Part shown: one piece after another, positions 57,775-64,000 of the stretch
Layout of the letters: every line of letters begins with the position of its first letter
How positions within the stretch are numbered: the stretch's first letter is position 1
Assembly: GCA_964016885.1 (NCBI GenBank)
Contig: OZ024743.1
Location: forward strand, 348,130,001 to 348,194,000
Reading direction: 5' to 3'
DNA: 64,000 bases
DNA from: Eledone cirrhosa
Lineage: Eukaryota
The notes under the pieces: model-generated
Databases searched by the model: none
What the model saw: the letters and a program-made list of their open reading frames with translations, nothing else
Told to the model about the DNA's origin: nothing
Made by a program: the position numbers and the translations under genes

Positions 57775-60025
57775 ACTCCTCTCTCTCTCTCTCTCTATCT
57801 ATTTATGTATCTATCTATCTTTCTATCTCTCTATCTTTCTCTCTCTCCCTATTTCTCTCATTCTCACCCTCTGTCTCTCTATCACTTTCTATGTGTCTCT
57901 GTGTCTCTATCTCTCACTTTCGCTCCCCCTCTCTCTCTATCTCTCTTTAAAGTATTCACGCGTAATTATTTCGATATCAAGCACTCCCGGAGACACGTCA
58001 GTACTTGGTACATTAAGGCATGGGTATCACATATTTTGGCACGCTGGCTTCGACCACAGTAAAACTATAACCATTGTACCCACCGACACACCACAAATGA
58101 CCCCACTCCTTATAGTTCAAACTGTAGGGTGCAGTGTCATTTGAAATATTTTCTTTAATTTTTCTTGTTTTGGTGATCCCTTTTTTTAGATACTTTAATA
58201 ATTATTTATACACCGTTCCTGAAACTTACATTAATTTTTTCCTTCCTATTTTTCGAATTTCAGTTTGCATCAATACTTTTCAGTCACGAGTAAACTAAAA
58301 AAAGACAACGACAAAAGCCACATCGAATATAACAACAACTAAAACCTTATCATGAATACAACATGTAAAAACAAACGAAAACCCAACGAACAAACACAAA
58401 ACACAGAGAACACCACTAAGCACAAGAATAATAACAAACACAGAAGCAATAACACCAACGACGTAGGAAATTCCAAATAAAAAATATATATTTAGTAAAT
58501 AACATGTCAGATTGTTGATAAAAAAAGCGAATAATTAAGAAAGTTATAATCAACCGTCGTTAGTTGCTCAACTGATCTAATCCACGTGCCAGGTGACTGA
58601 CAAGGTTGTGTATTCGTGCGTGTGTGTGCGCGCCAGTGTGTGTGTGTGCGTGAGTGTGCGCATGTGTGTGTGTGTGTGTGTGTGTCTTCATGTCTCTGTT
58701 TCTCAGCGTGTCAGTTTGTGTCAGTATAAGTTATGTTTGTGAGTGTGTCGTTTTCCTGGGATAGTTATTACGTTACGTGTGTATGTGTGTTTGTATACGT
58801 ATGTGAGTATATACATCTGAAGCTATGCACGAGGGATTGCATATGTTTCAGAGAACGTGACAAAGAAAGAGAAAAAGAAAATATAGATGAAATGTGGAGT
58901 TATTCATGGGAAGGGGGACAGAGGCACAGAGAATGAATAAAGGAGAGAGAGACAGTGAGAGACACTCATATAGGAGAATCATTAAGGTTTAGGGTTGTTA
59001 AATTATAAGTTTATAATGATTTTCCAAAAACGTATGATAGAGGGACGTGGAACTATGGTATAAAGGTCTCGCTTCTCATTTTTATGGAGAGAACATGGAT
59101 CAAATGTATTTTTGTTTAAGATAAAACATCATCAGTTAAGGATGGTCACGTCATTTAGGCATAGCATTTTGTTAGTTCTCCGTGATTGATTAAAATCCAT
59201 CCTACATAATATTTATTTTTATTCTACTGGACGCATTCACTGATTAATGACAGCCTTAAATGTTGTCTAATTATTATATATATTTTATATAATGACATGA
59301 CATAGTTCAGGAACGTCACGCAGAACTAACAATATTCTATCCCAAATCACGAAATCATCCTCAAACCAATCGAATTCGACCTTAAACAGATAGCAAACGG
59401 AAGCCTGATATGAAAGCCTGCAGTGGGGTGGATTTCAATAAAGTCAGGCAAGTCACAATGGAAGTGTTAAAGCAGGTGATGGTCTACTCTCCCCTGAGTG
59501 TAAATTCTCCCATCCAAGATGAAATACAAAACCCAATCTGCACAATTGTACCTATGTGTTACAATACATTACGTCTGCTACTGAAGTGATATATCTGTAG
59601 AATTACTGGTAGAGACGTAAATCGCATGTAATCTTCTGTTGTCATTAATCTATATACCACTAAATCTATGTGATTGCTTGCTTGCTTGCTTGTCCGTAAT
59701 ATAATACAGCCAAAAGAGCACATAATAGGGAAATACTTTGATAGGAAGCTGATCCTGAAATGGGAATACAAATTGAATAAAACAAGTTTCGCGTACATTG
59801 AGGCACGGTTCCCGAAAAGGGGATTTTTCATGGTACCTTCATGAACAGAGAGAGAGAGAGGAGGGAGAGAGAGTGTGAGAGAGAGAAAGAAAGAGATCGC
59901 TGGTAGTGTTGTTGTGTATATATATATTTGAGTGTGTGTGTATATGCGTGTGTGTGTGTCTATGATCAGTATATATAGATCACAGACACCCACATACACA
60001 CACACAAACACACAAACACACACAC

Positions 60026-60075
<50 letters not shown>

Positions 60076-60223
60076 TTATATATACATATATACATACACA
60101 CACGTATATATATATGGGCCTTCCAGTTTCATTTCATATTATATACATGTTTGTATATATTTTAGTTATTTAAAAATTATTTTTAAGTGAATATGAATTT
60201 TTAAAAAATATTTTGAAGTGAAC

Positions 60224-60251
60224 GTGACCAAACGGGTCACAGGTTGCCTAG
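60224..60251 (+). mobile_element. Helitron-like 3' terminus
   Basis: Hairpin gtgacc...ggtcac followed 7 nt later by CTAG|T. The 5' end was not located. Confidence 0.4.
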
Positions 60252-61578
60252 TAAATTATTAAAAATGTAAAGGAAAGTTGAGTAGTAAAAACGGTAATGT
60301 TATGGATTAAATACATTAAAGTTTTAGGTATTTTATGAGGCTTAGGGTCAAATTTTATTTACATCATTTTGGTTTAAAGATTGTACAAGGTCAACTGGTT
60401 GTTCCAATACTTTTATCTAGAGAGGCGCATGTGTTCGGCGATGTTTTATAGGAGTCGTAACGTCGTCAAATTCTGAGGTTGTTATGAAACTCAGAAAATG
60501 AGTATAGTCTTAGTGGCTAAGGTCCGCGTCATCACTATTAGATGGTACTGTTTCATGTATGGCGAGACGTTAAGAGTTTTATAGCATTCTGTACCTTCTA
60601 AAAATATTTTCCTACGAAGTATATTAAAAATCTCACTAATTAACACCTCGCAAAATGTAACACCCACTGTATATACCAGAAATTATTCTGGAGCAATTCA
60701 ATTGACCTTATTCTCTTTAAACTTTGGTTTTACTCAGCTTTATAAAATCACAATATACAAATATGACTTTTGGACATATAAACATGTATCGAAAAAAGAT
60801 TGAGTTGACAATATAAAGTGTTCAGCAGAAGCGTTTCAGCTACTAGATTATAATTGTGATTAGTGTAGCAGTATTCATGGAATCCATCCCCGCTTAAGCG
60901 ATAGAATGCACAGCATTTGTCTGTAAATAGTATACGTAGCTATAAGTACTGGTGAACGTATGTAAATAAATTCAGTATTCTGAGTTTTATAGTATTTTGT
61001 GTGTGTTGGCGGTGAAAATAAATAAATTTGTGTTTCACTATGAGGTCTCATTGTATCATTCTATTTAATTTAGAAGACCTACATAAGTTATACAGTTATG
61101 AAAATAAGTAAAATATGTGCGTCAATACATCGCCTCCCAGGACAGACCGCAGTCCTATCGCCAGGTTGTACATCATCAGATGAGACTGTAATACCTAAGG
61201 CCCGATCGGCTCTTATTTTTAACCCACGTGAAGTGCGATGCGGCAAGACTGTCTTTGTTGTGTATAGCCATGTCGCAGTATTTGGTGGGTTTATTTGTGC
61301 CAGTCCTCAATCTGGTACTATTCTCAGACCCACAAAGACTAGGTCTTTTTAAAGGCGGACTTTACTCATCTCGTAAATGCTTCATCACTGGGCTGTGAGA
61401 GAGATATTGGGAGCTAACAGTGTTACTCATTGCTTCATCTTCCTTACTAGTTTACCGCTCTTGGTCTCAGTTGCTTATTCGCTCGAAAGGAGCCTGATTA
61501 TCATATCTAGTGGCCGCATCAATATCCGCTCTCTAGCAGAGGGATCGGTGGACATTCTGTTCTCCTGGTTTCTCTATA

Positions 61579-61662
61579 ATAATTGTTTCTATTTTTAGGC
61601 ACAAGGCCAGCAATTACCAATACATTACCGGTACTTTATTTTATCGACCCCGTAAGGATGAA
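61579..61662 (-). mobile_element. Truncated SINE 3' part
   Basis: Same family as 18602-18788. Confidence 0.8.
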
Positions 61663-61959
61663 TCATGCCCTAATATTTGTCTCAGGATAATTTGAAATGA
61701 TTTATTATGAGTGTCGGAATCCACCAACGGTGCGTAATGTGACTTCTCCAGTTCATAACTATTATAAAGAGAATTGAAATTCTCAGCCTGGTTGGAAGTT
61801 GTGTCGGGACTGGTGAAGTAGGATCATCAGACTGGATTTGTGGACAAGATTGTAGTAATTAACTCGATAGAAGTTTATCTACGACATATTCTTTATAGAT
61901 TTATTGCCGAGAGTTGTACGACTGGAACGGAAGTTAGTGCTGCAAGGATTGAGACACTC

Positions 61960-62500
61960 AATACAGACTACACATGAGTGAAGTTTTAGTGAAGCCAGGG
62001 GAAAATTTCACGTTCACGAGTGATGGAATGATCGAGGCTGAAATAAGTGCAAGAATTGCAGGTGCTGCTGCAGTAATACGCGCGTTTCAACATTCAGTCA
62101 TCAGAAGAAGGTGGGGAAGATGTAAACGCCAATTCGGTATTTGCGCCAAAAGTTAGATATGATCATAAATTTTGGATAATGTGCAAAAGAATACGATCGC
62201 GAATACAAGTGGTCGTAATGGGGTTTAACCGAAGGGTCGCTGGAGTAACTTTACTGAATAGACTCTGTAGCTTGGGGATCAGAATGTCGCTCCAGATTGA
62301 ATCGATACTTCTCCGAATTGAGAGATCAGAGTTCCGATACTATGGATGTCTGGTTAGAATGAGGCAGGAAAGAAACGCTGGACAGATGTTATGGGTAATA
62401 CCAATTGGGGGAGACCCACAATTAGACGCCGAGCAAGAGGGTTTGATAACATCCCTGAAAATATTGGAGATGACAGAATCCACTGGATGGTGTGTTTGAG
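61960..62500 (+). mobile_element. RTE LINE fragment
   Basis: FTSDG..EAEISARI..A, RRVAGVTLL, LLRIERS..RYYG.LVRM. Confidence 0.75.
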
Positions 62501-63135
62501 GAACTTCTCGCTAATAAGTAGACGAAGAAAATGTTTATTTTTATATAACCTGATGATTATTCTCTCCATGTACACCCCTAACTGTAACCAAACTTACAAA
62601 AGAATACTTTCTGAATATATATATATATATATATATATATAGGAAAATGTTCAGTACTTTGGTGCGTTAAGGGCCACCTGGTTCCTTACCACACTTACTT
62701 CGTTATATATATATATATATAACATTTTCGCTCTACATGGGTAAATACAATAAATGTAATCTGAGGTTTTCAAATATTAATAATAATATTCCATTCGTTT
62801 GCATTTATGTAAACAAGCCTCATTTTTAAAGCCAATTCAGTAGAATGAGCCCATTTTTCTTGCTCTAGTGTTGGCATGTAAACAGAACTGCAGACACTAA
62901 TGTTTCTGGGCATTACCCTTCAACCGTACAGTTCATTGTTCACCTGCCTAGGGAAAATATATGAAATTTTCTAAAATATACAGTAAATGATCAGCCTAAT
63001 TTTCATATTAGCAGACTGACTGATCAATCAGATCTACATATTAGCAGATCCACTGATCAGCCAGATTTGCATATCAGCAGACTGGCGAGTCAGTTTCCTG
63101 TATAAAAGCGAAGGGTATAACACCCAGGAACATTA

Positions 63136-63199
<64 letters not shown>

Positions 63200-63274
63200 G
63201 GGTGGGGTGCGTGCGTGTATGTGCGTGTTTATATATATATATATATATGGGAGTGGGGTGCGTTCGAATATGTG

Positions 63275-63308
<34 letters not shown>

Positions 63309-63310
63309 CA

Positions 63311-63428
63311 TAATTGTTTCTACTTTTGACACAAGGCCAGCAATTACACAGTACATTACTGGTACTTTATTTTATCGACCCCGTAAGAATGAAAGGCAAA
63401 GTTAACCTCGGCGCGATTTGAACTCAGA
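63311..63428 (-). mobile_element. Truncated SINE
   Basis: Same family. Ends just past the B box. Confidence 0.8.
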
Positions 63429-63522
63429 AACATAATGCTGACTGAATACTCACATATTTTTAAAATAAGTTTTTGCCGTTCCTTTCACTTATCTTCTATT
63501 TATCTTCTATTTCTAAATATCC

Positions 63523-63556
63523 CTTCTGATGACGGACGAGAATCCGAAATATTAAG
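63523..63556 (+). ncRNA. Minimal type I HHR
   Basis: ctt-CTGATGA-c-gga-cgagaa-tcc-GAAA-ta-TT-aag. Stem III is a loopless palindrome (ATAT). Confidence 0.55.
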
Positions 63557-63680
63557 ACTATTTTCCTCTTGCTATGTTAAGCAATAGACTAATATAATTC
63601 TTCAGCGTACTGTGTCGTTTGTTATTTCGGTTTAGCTTTTAAACACAACACACATACACACACACACGGACGCACACACA

Positions 63681-63738
<58 letters not shown>

Positions 63739-63763
63739 TACACACACACACACCACACACATA

Positions 63764-63802
<39 letters not shown>

Positions 63803-64000
63803 GCCAATATGCAGATACGCACATACACAAACATATATATTTGGGTTGATGGGCATATATGCATATATGCATAGATAAGAAATTATAATTCCCACCCTGT
63901 TGATTCTTCCACAGATATTTAATTAAACAATTTATCCCACCACTGTTTCTTATTATTATCAATATTAAAATATCAGAAAGAAAAAAATATATATAGTCTC

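Noticed and set aside
59098-59140. Minus-strand ctgatga-tgttt...aaaca-aaaa as an HHR
   Set aside because: G12 is missing, stems I and III are poor, and the AT-rich pairing could be chance.

Overview
This is a gene-poor, microsatellite-saturated animal genomic window. The SINE and repeat landscape looks like an octopod cephalopod, which is an inference. I found no host protein-coding exon, and nearly all listed ORFs are translations of (TA)n/(CA)n/(GA)n tracts. The recognisable content is mobile DNA. It includes two 5'-truncated Penelope-like elements (PLEs) with long inverted pLTR arms (32510-34776 and 35291-38321), further PLE remnants, CR1-like, RTE and R4/Dong-like LINE fragments, tRNA-derived SINEs and non-autonomous Helitrons. 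The main signal is that most small non-coding inserts sitting in (TA)n tracts carry type I hammerhead ribozyme (HHR) motifs, from about 8 unrelated families. One motif is fully canonical (7081-7126), and two families show compensatory stem II changes between dispersed copies. These inserts share one architecture: a 5'-truncated body plus an inverted arm that, where several copies can be compared, stops at a family-specific point. Two non-coding families occur as circularly permuted tandem units (560 bp and about 430 bp), which suggests retrozyme-like elements mobilised by (TA)n-targeting PLEs. All folds and coordinates were read by eye, with no alignment or folding software.
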